DNA of 64,000 bases from an uncultured Verrucomicrobiae bacterium. GTDB taxonomy: Bacteria; Verrucomicrobiota; Verrucomicrobiia; Limisphaerales; J093. Both the position numbers and the translations under genes were made by a program. Below the pieces are notes generated by a model. It was not told where the DNA came from. It was given only the letters and a program-made list of their open reading frames with translations, and searched no databases. Location of the stretch: the NCBI GenBank assembly GCA_937946835.1, contig CALFAV010000020.1:907-64906 (forward strand). Direction: 5' to 3'. This document shows positions 54,680 to 64,000 of the stretch, piece by piece; positions within the stretch are counted from its first letter, which is position 1; the number at the start of each line of letters is the position of its first letter.

Positions 54680-55303
54680 ATGAGGGCGGCTCCCCCCGAC
54701 ACCCGGCAGCGGCTGCTGGCCGCGGCCCTGAAACACTTTGCCCGGCGCGGCTATGCCGCCACGTCGGTGCGGGAGATCGTGGCCGATGCCGGCGTGGCGA
54801 AACCGGTGCTGTACTACCATTTCGGCAGCAAACCCGGACTGTTCAAGGCGCTGGTGGAGTCCGCGCAGACCGAACGGTTGCGGTTGATGCAGGCCGCCGC
54901 CGCGCGCGGAACCGGCGTCGCCGGGCGGCTGGAGGAAATCCTCAACGCGGTCTTCGAGTATTCCCGGCACCACGCGGACCTGATGCGGCTGGCGTTTGCC
55001 ACGGCGTTTGCGCCGCGGGACGAAGTGCCCCCGGGGGCGCGCTGCTGGCGCAAGGCCCGACGTAACTTCGAGTTGGTCCGGGACCTGATCGCCGCGGGGC
55101 AGGCGGCGGGGGAACTGCGCCGGGATTGCGACGCCGAGCAACTGGCCTTCGCCTTGTACGGCCAGTTGATCAGCCACGTCATGCTGCATTTGTTGATGCC
55201 CCGGAAACGCCCGGACCGTCGCACCGCGCGGCAGATGGTGCGTCTGTTTTTGGAGGGCGCCGCCGCGCCCGACTCCCCCGCGGGCCGAACCGGATCCCCC
55301 TGA
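54680..55303 (+). CDS. TetR/AcrR family transcriptional regulator
   Basis: FARRGYAATSVREIVADAGVAKPVLYYHFGSK HTH. Confidence 0.93.
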   Translation: MRAAPPDTRQRLLAAALKHFARRGYAATSVREIVADAGVAKPVLYYHFGSKPGLFKALVESAQTERLRLMQAAAARGTGVAGRLEEILNAVFEYSRHHADLMRLAFATAFAPRDEVPPGARCWRKARRNFELVRDLIAAGQAAGELRRDCDAEQLAFALYGQLISHVMLHLLMPRKRPDRRTARQMVRLFLEGAAAPDSPAGRTGSP

Positions 55304-55309
55304 ACAGCG

Positions 55310-56503
55310 ATGAGAGCGATGCCCTGGTTTTGGAGCCTGCTGAGCGGTCTGGCCCTGATTTGTACCGGCTGCCGGCGGGCCGGTTCGCCGGCCGGCCCGG
55401 CCGGTCCCGGGGCGCCCGGCGGGAGCGGTCCCGGCGTGGCCATGGCCCTGCCGGTTGTGGCGGTCGAAGTGCGCCGGGAGCCGGTGGTTGAGTCGGTCTC
55501 GCTGGTGGGCAACCTGGCCCCCAACGAGGCGGTCGAAATCAAGGCCGAGACCGATGGAGTTGTCCGGGAGGTGCTCTTCGAGGAAGGCCGGGAGGTGGAA
55601 GCCGGCGCCCTGTTGGTGCAACTGGACGACACCAAACTGCAGGCGGAACTGGCCGATGCCCGGGCCCGCCTGCAACTGGCCGAGGCCAGTCACGCCCGGG
55701 CGCGGGAGTTGCGGGAAAACCGTCTCATTTCCGAGCAGGAGTACGACCAGGCCGCGTCCACCCTGGCGGTCAGTCGCGCCACGGTCGAGTTGCGTGAGCG
55801 GCAGTTGCGGGATGCAAAGGTGGCGGCGCCGTTTCGCGGGCGCACCGGGGCGCGCCTGGTCAGCCCCGGCCAGGTCATCACCCGCAACACCGTCATCACC
55901 TGGCTGGTGGACCTGGACCCGATGAAGGTGGAAATGAACGTCCCGGAACGCTTCCTGGGCCAGGTGCACCCGGGCCAGCAGGTGCGTTTCCGGGTGGCGG
56001 CCTGGCCGGACCGGGAATTCGCCGGGGAGATTTACTTCATCGCGCCGCGCCTGGACGAGGTCACCCGCACCGCGCTGGTCAAGGCGCGCATTCCCAACCC
56101 CGACGGCTTGCTCAAGGCGGGCATGGTGGCCAATCTCGAGTTGACACTGGTGCTGCGCCCCGAGGCCCCGGTCATCCCGGAGGCGGCGCTGATGAGCAAT
56201 GGGGAGATGACCTTCGTTTTTCTGGTGGGGCCGGGCGACACGGTGGAGCTGCGGCCGGTGACGGTGGGCCGGCGGATGCCCCGCCGGGTGGAGATCCTTG
56301 CCGGTCTGACGGGCGGGGAGCGGGTGATTGTGGAGGGACATCAAAAGGTCGGCCCGGGCATGAAGGTGGTCCCGGCCGGGCCGGAAAAGGCGGCCGTTTA
56401 CGCGACCACCGAGTTGCACGTGGCCGGGCCGGCGACAGGCGCGGGCACCAATCGTCCGGCGGGGGCTGCCGCCCCACCGGCCGCGCCGCCCGCCGGGCCT
56501 TGA
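55310..56503 (+). CDS. RND efflux periplasmic adaptor subunit
   Basis: Lipoprotein-like N-terminus (CTGC), lipoyl half-motifs, APFRG, TRTALVKA. Confidence 0.92.
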   Translation: MRAMPWFWSLLSGLALICTGCRRAGSPAGPAGPGAPGGSGPGVAMALPVVAVEVRREPVVESVSLVGNLAPNEAVEIKAETDGVVREVLFEEGREVEAGALLVQLDDTKLQAELADARARLQLAEASHARARELRENRLISEQEYDQAASTLAVSRATVELRERQLRDAKVAAPFRGRTGARLVSPGQVITRNTVITWLVDLDPMKVEMNVPERFLGQVHPGQQVRFRVAAWPDREFAGEIYFIAPRLDEVTRTALVKARIPNPDGLLKAGMVANLELTLVLRPEAPVIPEAALMSNGEMTFVFLVGPGDTVELRPVTVGRRMPRRVEILAGLTGGERVIVEGHQKVGPGMKVVPAGPEKAAVYATTELHVAGPATGAGTNRPAGAAAPPAAPPAGP

Positions 56504-56512
56504 GGGACCGCC

Positions 56513-59500
56513 ATGACCCTGCCCGATCTCAGCATTCGCCGGCCGGTGCTCACCTCGATGATGAGCCTGGCGCTGGTGCTGTTCGGCCTGGTGAGCCTCA
56601 CGCGCCTGCCGGTGCGGGAGTTGCCCAACATTGACCCGCCGGTGGTCAGTGTCACCACGGTGTACCCGGGCGCCAACGCCCGGGTGGTCGAGACCGAGGT
56701 CACCGAGCGGCTCGAGGAGGCCATCAGCAACATCGAGGGCATCAAGACCCTCACCAGCACCAGTCGCGAGCAGGTCAGCAACATCACCGTGGAGTTTGAC
56801 CTGTCCCGGGACGTGGACCTGGCGGCGCAGGACGTGCGCGACCGCGTGGCCCGGGTGCGCGGCCAGTTGCCCGAGGACATCCTTGAGCCGGTCGTGGCCA
56901 AGCAGGAGTCCGACGCCCAGCCGATCATGTGGATTTCGGTCAACAGCGACCGTCACTCGCCCCGCGAGCTGACCACCATCGCCGAACTCCAGATCAAAAA
57001 CCGCCTGCAAACCGTGGCCGGGGTGTCCTCGGTCATCATCGGCGGTGAGAAGCGCTTTGCCATGCGGCTGTGGCTGGATGCCGAACGCCTGGCCGCACAC
57101 GGCGTGACCGTGCTGGACGTGCAGCGGGCGTTGCGCGAGCAGAACGTCGAACTGCCCAGCGGCCGGGTGGAGAACCTCGACCGCGAGATGACCATCCAGA
57201 CCCTGGGCGAGCTCAAGACCCCGGAGGAATTCAACAACCTGGTGGTGTTGGCGGATGGCGTGCGTCTGGTGCGGCTGCGGGACGTGGGCTACGCCGAGGC
57301 GGGCGTCGAGGACCTGCGGGCCGTGGCGCGATTCAACGGCCGCTCCACGGTGTTTCTGGGCGTGGTCAAGCAGTCCCGCGCCAACACGGTGCAGGTGGCC
57401 CACGGGGTCCGGGCCGAACTGGAGCGCGTGCGGCCCGGGCTGCCGGTGGGGGTGAACCTGGTGGCCGCGTACGACTCCTCCACGTTTGTGGAAGAGGCCA
57501 TCAACGAGGTGTGGCTCACCCTGGGCATCGCCTTCGTGCTGGTGGTGGTGGTGATCTTCGTGTTTCTGCGCAACGTGCGCTCGACGGTCATTCCGGGCGT
57601 GGTCATCCCGGTGTCCATCGTGGGCGTGTTCACCGTGCTCTACGCGATGGGCTACTCGGTGAACATCCTCACCATGCTGGCGCTGGTGCTGGCCATCGGC
57701 ATCGTGGTGGACGACGCCATCGTGGTGCTGGAGAACATCTACCGGCACATCGAGGCGGGCGAGCCGCCGATGAAGGCGGCGTTCACCGCCATGCGGGAAA
57801 TCGGCTTTGCCATCATTGCCATCACGGTGTCGCTGGTGGCGGTGTTCATCCCGCTGGCTTTTCAAAGGACCGCCACAGGGCGGCTGTTCATCGAGTTTGC
57901 CTTCGCGCTGGCCGGCTCGGTGGTCATTTCGGCCTTCGTGGCGCTGTCGCTCACGCCCATGATGGCGGCGCGCATTTTGCGCCCGGTCCAGCGGGAGAAG
58001 CACGGGCCGCTGTTTCTGGCCTTCGAGCGGGGGTTCGACGCGTTGTCCCGCGGCTATGCGGCCCTGCTGCGGCGCGTGTTGCGGCACCGGGTGCTCACGT
58101 TGGGCGTGGGGGTGGGGGCGCTGGCGCTGATGGTTTGGGCCTACCGCAGTCTGGACAAGGAATTCCTGCCGGAGGAGGACCGCGGGATGTTCCTGTGCTT
58201 TGTGGTGACCCCGGAAGGGTCCACCGCCGAGTACACCGACCGGATGATGCGGCAGATGGAGGGGTTGCTGGAACAGGTGCCGGAGATTCGCTCACGAGGG
58301 GTGATCGTGGCCCCGCCGTTTGGCGGCCCGGGCGCCGCCAATCAGGGCATTGCCTTTGTGCGCCTCCACCCCGAGCGCCAGCGGAGCGTGCAGGACCTGG
58401 TCAACGGCCCCGACGGGTTGCGGATGCAGTTGATCGCCGGGGTTGAAGGGGCCCTGGTCATTCCGAACATCCCCAAGCCCATCAGCCGCGGGTTTGGGGC
58501 GCCGTTCAGTCTGGTGCTGCAAAACGACGACCTGGACCAGTTGAACGCCACGGCCCAGCGCGTGGCCAACCAGCTTCGCACCAACGGATTCCTGGTCAAC
58601 GTGCGCAGCTCGTTCGAGGTGACCAAGCCCGAGTTGCGCATCGAGATTGACCGCAACCGCGCCGCCGCCCTCGGGGTTTCGATCGCGGACATTTCACGCA
58701 CGCTCCAGATCCTGTTTGGCGGCCTGGACCTGAGCCGGATCAAGGTGGGCGGCAAACAATATGACGTCATTGCCCAACTGGATCGGTACTCCCGGCTCAC
58801 GCCGCGGGACCTGGAGCGGGTGTACGTGCGCAACAATCGGGGCGCCCTGATTCAATTGAACAGCGTGGTCTCGTACCACACGGGCGCGGCGCCCAACGCC
58901 ATCGAGCATTACAACCGCCTGCGCAGCGCCACCCTCACCGCCACGCCGGTGGGCGTGACGCTGGGCACGGCCATCGAGCGCGTAGAAGCGATGCTGGCGC
59001 AGGCCTTGCCCCCGGGCACGCTGCACGCCTGGTCGGGCGAGTCTCGGGACCTGCTCGAGGCGCAGGCGCAGTTCTGGTGGATTCTGGGCCTGGCCATCGT
59101 GATCGTGTACATGGTGCTGGCCTCGCAGTTCGAGAGCCTGGTGCATCCGTTCACGGTGATGTTGGCCCTGCCGCTGGCGGGGGTGGGCGCCTTTGGGTTG
59201 CTCTGGTTGCTGGGCTGGGGCGGTCGGGCCGGGTGGTTGCCGCCGATTCCGGCCATGAATTTCAACCTCTACAGTCAGGTCGGCGTGGTGCTCCTGGTCG
59301 GCCTGGTGACGAAAAACTCGATCCTCCTGGTCGAATTTGCGAATCAGCAACGGACGCGGGTGCGGGACGCGCGCGAAGCGATGGTCCGCGCCGGCCTGGT
59401 GCGGCTGCGGCCCATTCTGATGACCAGTTTCTCGACCATCGCCGGGATTTTGCCCATCGCCATCGGCTTCGGCGCCGGGGCCGAAAGCCGCCGGCCGATG

Positions 59501-59662
59501 GGCGTGGCCGTGGTGGGGGGAATGATCACCAGCACCTTCCTCACCCTGTTCATCATCCCGGTGGTGTACACGGTGTTTTCCGATTTCAGCGACCGGGTGT
59601 TGCGCCGCAAGCCGGAGCCGGTGACCGCGGCCGTGGTGACCGAGCCGGTCGTGGGTTCTTGA
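56513..59662 (+). CDS. RND efflux transporter permease (AcrB/HAE1 family)
   Basis: SIRRPV, GIVVDDAIVV, KNSIL, RLRPILMT. Confidence 0.96.
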   Translation: MTLPDLSIRRPVLTSMMSLALVLFGLVSLTRLPVRELPNIDPPVVSVTTVYPGANARVVETEVTERLEEAISNIEGIKTLTSTSREQVSNITVEFDLSRDVDLAAQDVRDRVARVRGQLPEDILEPVVAKQESDAQPIMWISVNSDRHSPRELTTIAELQIKNRLQTVAGVSSVIIGGEKRFAMRLWLDAERLAAHGVTVLDVQRALREQNVELPSGRVENLDREMTIQTLGELKTPEEFNNLVVLADGVRLVRLRDVGYAEAGVEDLRAVARFNGRSTVFLGVVKQSRANTVQVAHGVRAELERVRPGLPVGVNLVAAYDSSTFVEEAINEVWLTLGIAFVLVVVVIFVFLRNVRSTVIPGVVIPVSIVGVFTVLYAMGYSVNILTMLALVLAIGIVVDDAIVVLENIYRHIEAGEPPMKAAFTAMREIGFAIIAITVSLVAVFIPLAFQRTATGRLFIEFAFALAGSVVISAFVALSLTPMMAARILRPVQREKHGPLFLAFERGFDALSRGYAALLRRVLRHRVLTLGVGVGALALMVWAYRSLDKEFLPEEDRGMFLCFVVTPEGSTAEYTDRMMRQMEGLLEQVPEIRSRGVIVAPPFGGPGAANQGIAFVRLHPERQRSVQDLVNGPDGLRMQLIAGVEGALVIPNIPKPISRGFGAPFSLVLQNDDLDQLNATAQRVANQLRTNGFLVNVRSSFEVTKPELRIEIDRNRAAALGVSIADISRTLQILFGGLDLSRIKVGGKQYDVIAQLDRYSRLTPRDLERVYVRNNRGALIQLNSVVSYHTGAAPNAIEHYNRLRSATLTATPVGVTLGTAIERVEAMLAQALPPGTLHAWSGESRDLLEAQAQFWWILGLAIVIVYMVLASQFESLVHPFTVMLALPLAGVGAFGLLWLLGWGGRAGWLPPIPAMNFNLYSQVGVVLLVGLVTKNSILLVEFANQQRTRVRDAREAMVRAGLVRLRPILMTSFSTIAGILPIAIGFGAGAESRRPMGVAVVGGMITSTFLTLFIIPVVYTVFSDFSDRVLRRKPEPVTAAVVTEPVVGS

Positions 59663-59756
59663 ACGGATCCTGCCGGGGGGCGGCAGGCCGGGGCTTTGCC
59701 GACGTCCCGAAGCACGCGGCCGGCGCGCGGTGTTTGCGGGCCGCCGCTCCCGGCCC

Positions 59757-60869
59757 TCACCGCGCCGGCGTTTCGCCCGTTTCCCGCAGCCGCTCAAAGA
59801 TCACCTCGTGGCCGCGTGGCGTCAGGTGGCCGTCGTGGCGGTAATACAACCGCTCGCGCCCGGCCCGGTAACGCGCTCGGAGTTGTTCCGCCAGGTTGAG
59901 CCAGGGTCGTTGGCGTGCCTCGCAAATCGCCTCCACCTGCCGCAGGTGCACCTGTTGAAACTGGGCCGAGAGCGAGTCGGGCTCCTCCACGAACGAACGG
60001 CCCGCCAGCAACAGAAGACGTAGTCGGACGCCGGCCGCGGTCGCGGTCTGCTCAATCCGCGCCAGGAGGGCCTCAAACAGGGCGTGGGTCCCGGCAAGGC
60101 GAACTTCCAGCTCCGGGCGGAAGTCCCGGCCGCGGCCCGGGTCACCGCGCAGCGCCCGAACCAGCCGGGAGCGCCCGGCCAACCACTCCACCCAGCCCGG
60201 GTTGTTCGGGGCGTCGCCCAGCAACACCGACTCCAGCGCGGCGGGGGGTGGGGCGGGGGCGGACGCCGTCAACGGCACCGGCACGTTGCGCAGTTGGAGG
60301 CCGTCGGGGCCGCGCTCAAAGAACGGTTTGGCCGCGTTCACCTGGAGCGGCCGGGCCCATTGGTTGTCCAGCAGGTCATTGCCCACGTACACCACCAGCC
60401 ACAACTCGTCCGGGTGGTAGCGCGGCAACACCTCTTCGATCAACAACGCCTGCTGGTCGGTGCTGCTGCCCGGCAGCGCCAGGTTCAGATACCTGTGGCG
60501 GCCGTCGCGGTTGAGCCGGCTGACAAACGTCTCCCCGTCGTGGACCCCCAGCCCAAAGGTGAAACTGTCGCCCACCACGGCGATCCGCCGACCGCGGCGG
60601 GACGCGGGCAGGGCCGGGTCGTGGCGAAAGCCCTCGGGGTTGATGCGGTACTGCGCGGTGAAGTCGTGATGCCGGTGCGTGCCCTGCCAGCCCGGCGTCA
60701 GTCGCCAGCCCAGCCGCGGGTCGTACCGGAGCATCCCCGGGTCCAGCCGGTCACTGTGTCGAAGCCGCGCCTCCCGCCAGCGCAGCAGACCTTCCGTTCC
60801 CAGCAGCCCCAGGCAGCCGGTGACCAGCACCGTGACCAGCCGAAATTTCGTTCGTTTGTCCAAGGGCAC
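59757..60869 (-). CDS. SGNH/GDSL hydrolase-family protein, membrane-anchored
   Basis: N-terminal TM helix, VGDSFTFG, GND, DGH. Start approximate. Confidence 0.85.
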   Translation of the reverse strand: MPLDKRTKFRLVTVLVTGCLGLLGTEGLLRWREARLRHSDRLDPGMLRYDPRLGWRLTPGWQGTHRHHDFTAQYRINPEGFRHDPALPASRRGRRIAVVGDSFTFGLGVHDGETFVSRLNRDGRHRYLNLALPGSSTDQQALLIEEVLPRYHPDELWLVVYVGNDLLDNQWARPLQVNAAKPFFERGPDGLQLRNVPVPLTASAPAPPPAALESVLLGDAPNNPGWVEWLAGRSRLVRALRGDPGRGRDFRPELEVRLAGTHALFEALLARIEQTATAAGVRLRLLLLAGRSFVEEPDSLSAQFQQVHLRQVEAICEARQRPWLNLAEQLRARYRAGRERLYYRHDGHLTPRGHEVIFERLRETGETPAR

Positions 60870-60990
60870 CCGAACTGGAGTCGAACCCCCCGATGCCGGC
60901 AACTCCAAAAAGGCGTTGACCGCCGCCGGATTTCGGCGGGGACCGCCCGCCCCGGAGCCAAGTTCGATTGCCCCTTGGCGCCCGGCCTTT

Positions 60991-61860
60991 ATGCTGGCGG
61001 CCGTGATCAAGCCGGTGCTTCAAGACGAGGCCTTCCTGGCCGACGTGGAGTCGGCGCGCCGCGACCCCGCGCGGCTGCACCTTTGGTGGTTGGGGCAGAG
61101 CGGCTTTCTGGTCCAATGGGCCGGACGCCACCTGCTGTTCGACCCCTACCTGTCCGATTCCCTCACCCGCAAGTACGCCGGCACGGATCGGCCGCACGTG
61201 CGCCTTTCCGAGCGGGTGATTGCCCCCGAGCGCCTCGACTTTTTGGACGTGGTCAGCTCCAGCCACAACCACACCGACCACCTCGACCCCGACACGCTCC
61301 AACCGCTGGCCCGCGCCAACGTGGGCCTGCGACTGGTTTGTCCCCGGGCCAATCTGGCCGAAGCCCACCGCCGCTCCGGCCTTGATCCGGCCCAACTCAT
61401 CGGCCTGGACCCGGACGAGCCGCCCCGCGCGGTGACAATCGGTCCGTTCGAGTTTCACGCCGTGCCGGCCGCCCACGAAGCCCTGGAGCGCGACGCGGCG
61501 GGGTGGTACCACTTCGTGGGCTACGTGGTCCGGGCGGGACCGTTCACCCTCTACCACAGCGGGGACACCGTCCTGTACGAAGGCATGGTGGAGCGGTTGC
61601 GGTCGTTTCGCGTGGACGTGGCCCTGCTGCCCATCAACGGGCGCGCGCCGGAACGACGGGTGGCGGGCAACCTTTGGGGTCGGGAGGCCGCCCGGTTGGC
61701 CGGGAAAATCGGCGCACGCCTGGTGGTGCCCTGTCACTACGACCTGTTCGCGTTCAACACGGCCACGCCGGACGAGTTCGTCGCCGAGTGCCGGCGGCTG
61801 GCACAACCGTTCCGGGTGCTCGCCCTGGGCGAACGGTTGAGCCTCGAGCCGCCGGGCTGA
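60991..61860 (+). CDS. metallo-beta-lactamase fold hydrolase (UlaG-like)
   Basis: WLGQSG, DPYLS, SHNHTDHLD, HSGDT, LPING, PCHY. Confidence 0.88.
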   Translation: MLAAVIKPVLQDEAFLADVESARRDPARLHLWWLGQSGFLVQWAGRHLLFDPYLSDSLTRKYAGTDRPHVRLSERVIAPERLDFLDVVSSSHNHTDHLDPDTLQPLARANVGLRLVCPRANLAEAHRRSGLDPAQLIGLDPDEPPRAVTIGPFEFHAVPAAHEALERDAAGWYHFVGYVVRAGPFTLYHSGDTVLYEGMVERLRSFRVDVALLPINGRAPERRVAGNLWGREAARLAGKIGARLVVPCHYDLFAFNTATPDEFVAECRRLAQPFRVLALGERLSLEPPG

Positions 61861-61869
61861 ACGGGCATT

Positions 61870-63144
61870 TCACCCGGCGATCAGGTAAGGAATCGTCAGC
61901 GGTCCCTGGGGCAGCACGGCCACCCGCGCGTCCGGCCCGCGGCGGGCCAGTTCTTGCCGCACGAAGGTCCCGATGTCCGGGCACGGCTCCAGGTGGCAGG
62001 CGCGCACGGTGTCTTCCGGCAGGGCGCTGTGGAGAAGCACCCGTGCCCGGCGCAGGATCCGGAGCAGGATTTGCACCTGCCATTGCTCCGGTTGCATCGG
62101 CTCGCGCTCGAGCCGGGCCAGCAGGCCGGCGGGGTCGGGGGCGCTGCGGAGCAGGCGCTCGAACGGGCTGCCCGCCGGCACGCCCTCGCGGCATTCGCAC
62201 GCCAGCACGATCGCCCCGCCGTCCTTTACGATTCGCGCCGCGGCGGCCGCGCCCTTGACGCCCTGGTACAGGTTCAGGTCCAGCGGCGCGCCGCTGTTGG
62301 TCGTGAGCACGAGATCAAAGGGCGCCGCCACCGGCTGCATGGCCGTGGCGCGGACAAACTCGCAGCCGGCCCGATGCGCGGCCTCCAGGTCGCCGGCGAA
62401 GACGCCGGTGATTTCGCGCCGCTCGTTGAGCGCCACGTTGAGCAAGAAGCCGGGCCCAACGCGCCGCGCCGCATCCCGCAACTCTTCCCAGAGCGGGTTG
62501 CCCTCGGTGATGCCAAAGGTCGCGTTCGGGTGGGCGAGGTTGGCGGGACGGTGATTGGCCATGACCGTGCGCAGGCCCGCGCAGCCGGGGAGGATGCCCT
62601 TGGGCCCGCCACTGAAGCCGGCGAAGAAATGCGGCTCGATGAAGCCGGTGATGATGCGCACGTCCGCCTCGACCAGGTGCCGGTTCAGCCGGGCGGGGGT
62701 GCCGTCGCGCAGCGTGCCCACGGTGACCAACGAGGCGTCATCGTGGCAGTCGTGGTTGAGCACGCGGTACCGCGCCGGGACCGCGGGCGTGAGCATCCGC
62801 GCCAGCTCCGCCGGCGTGTTGGCGCGGTGCGTGCCGGTGGAGTTGAGCAACGTGAGGTTCGCCGGCGGCACATGCGCCAGTTCCTCCAGCAGCCACGGGA
62901 TCAGCCGCTCGTTGGGCGTGGCCCGGGTGCTGTCGGTGAACACAAGGCACACGCGGTCGCCGGGCTTGACCAGGTCGCGCAGCGGCGGCGAACCAATCGG
63001 CTGACGCAGCGCGGCGCGCACGGCGGCGCGTTCGTCCGGCAGGCCGGGACGATGGGCCGGCTCGATCACGGTGGTGCGTTCGGCCGGCAGGCGGACCCCC
63101 AGGCCGCGGGTGCCATAGGCGAGTGGGACTTCCCGGTACTGCAT
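61870..63144 (-). CDS. larA: nickel-pincer-dependent racemase/epimerase, LarA family
   Basis: DSTRATP, TGTHR, NHD, EPHFFAGFSGGPK, NH, DLNLYQGVK. Confidence 0.9.
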   Translation of the reverse strand: MQYREVPLAYGTRGLGVRLPAERTTVIEPAHRPGLPDERAAVRAALRQPIGSPPLRDLVKPGDRVCLVFTDSTRATPNERLIPWLLEELAHVPPANLTLLNSTGTHRANTPAELARMLTPAVPARYRVLNHDCHDDASLVTVGTLRDGTPARLNRHLVEADVRIITGFIEPHFFAGFSGGPKGILPGCAGLRTVMANHRPANLAHPNATFGITEGNPLWEELRDAARRVGPGFLLNVALNERREITGVFAGDLEAAHRAGCEFVRATAMQPVAAPFDLVLTTNSGAPLDLNLYQGVKGAAAAARIVKDGGAIVLACECREGVPAGSPFERLLRSAPDPAGLLARLEREPMQPEQWQVQILLRILRRARVLLHSALPEDTVRACHLEPCPDIGTFVRQELARRGPDARVAVLPQGPLTIPYLIAG

Positions 63145-63388
63145 GGCGGATGACTGACATGCGCCGGCGCCAAGGGCAACCCTGCAAATCAGCCCGGCGA
63201 GCCCGCGGGCGCCCGTTGAAACTGGACCGGCCTGCAGGGGGAAGCGGCTTAACTCAGGCGAGGCCGGCCGGGTTAATCCCCGTGGTTGCTCGGGCGAGAC
63301 ACCGCTGTAGCCCGAGGTTTTCCGATTGGTCGAGGTATCTTTTGGAGGACATTAAAAAGTTCGTTAACAGGCCGGTTGCGCGAAGTAA

Positions 63389-63418
63389 GTTCGCCTCGTT
63401 CGCCTCGTTCGCCTCGTT
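63389..63418. repeat. 9-bp tandem repeat (GTTCGCCTC) x3.3
   Basis: GTTCGCCTC GTTCGCCTC GTTCGCCTC GTT. Confidence 0.9.
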
Positions 63419-63449
63419 GTGCAGCGAAGGGCAAGCCGTGGATGGAACG

Positions 63450-64000
63450 ATGAACCTGCGAGCCAACAACGACGCCGGAGTCCTGATCCAGGGACAAGCG
63501 TATTGTCCACCGCGATCCACCAAAGGGCGGGGTCTGCGCCTTCTGCTGTCCGGCCTTTGGTGGGGAGTGTCCCTGCCGCTGGCCTTTGGGGGAGAGGACG
63601 GCCCAGCGGCGGCTCACAAACCGGAGGTTTTGACAGCGTCACCTTCACCATCCCTGGCCCCCGAGCATGTCGCGTTTCTGGAATTCCTGACCAACCGGCC
63701 CGCGATCAAGGAGATCGTTTGGGAATTGTCGGCGAATCGCTTTACCCGTACCAAGCCGGATGGAACCCCCGACCCATTGCCCGTGGCGTTTGTTCCGGCC
63801 CGCGGGGCACTGCAACCCGGGGGCTTTTTCTGGGAATATCCCACGGATCAGCCCCTCACAAAGGCGGCTATTTACGGAGAGTCGGTGGACATGTACTGGT
63901 GGGTGAGCACCAATACGGTCGCATTGGCACCCCGACGCGGGCCGGGCGCGCATCCGCAAAATGGCATGCAGATCTTGGGGCAGAATTATCGGGCGCTGCT
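63450..64000 (+). CDS. hypothetical exported protein, truncated by the window end (absent from the ORF track)
   Basis: Open frame from ATG 63450: MNLRAN...GLRLLLSGLWWGVSLPLAFG (signal-like)...FLEFLTNRPAIKEIVWE...YWWVSTN..., with no stop before 64000. Confidence 0.65.
   Translation, partial: MNLRANNDAGVLIQGQAYCPPRSTKGRGLRLLLSGLWWGVSLPLAFGGEDGPAAAHKPEVLTASPSPSLAPEHVAFLEFLTNRPAIKEIVWELSANRFTRTKPDGTPDPLPVAFVPARGALQPGGFFWEYPTDQPLTKAAIYGESVDMYWWVSTNTVALAPRRGPGAHPQNGMQILGQNYRAL

Noticed and set aside
63254-63523. Minus-strand ORF containing NEANEANEAN, reminiscent of primase C-terminal repeats
   Set aside because: No primase or helicase motifs, and it overlaps the more credible plus-strand gene. 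The peptide repeat is just the DNA tandem repeat.

Overview
High-GC chromosomal segment, most likely from a Verrucomicrobia (Pedosphaerales/Limisphaera-like) genome. This assignment is inferred from the PVC-type EF-Tu switch I sequence, a PEP-CTERM protein, an H-X9-DG prepilin-like protein and GTAG-type REP elements. The core is the tRNA-Thr-tuf-tRNA-Trp-tRNA-Ser-secE-nusG-rplKAJL-rpoBC cluster followed by tmRNA. Around it lie housekeeping and metabolic genes (mqnE, transketolase, copA, prc, nnr, argA, trpD, proS, an enolase paralog, larA) and transport genes (AEC, ABC permeases, TetR-RND). No CRISPR array, integrase or intact transposase was seen. Best leads: (1) two ORF-free, highly structured units of about 165-170 nt (14978-15149 and 47760-47923), each bounded by a good sigma54 -24/-12 promoter and a strong intrinsic terminator. 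They share short sequence motifs and one sits just downstream of an NtrC-family activator, making a candidate sigma54/bEBP-controlled sRNA system. (2) A small protein with an Sm/Hfq-like pattern wedged antisense between two genes. (3) A tandem thymidylate-kinase-like pair + ROK + Ppx operon. (4) A three-way-junction RNA between rplJ and rplL. (5) A triply disabled HicA toxin. (6) A gene graveyard with a mosaic of REP families at 49.5-50.9 kb. All calls come from reading motifs by eye; no database searches were run.
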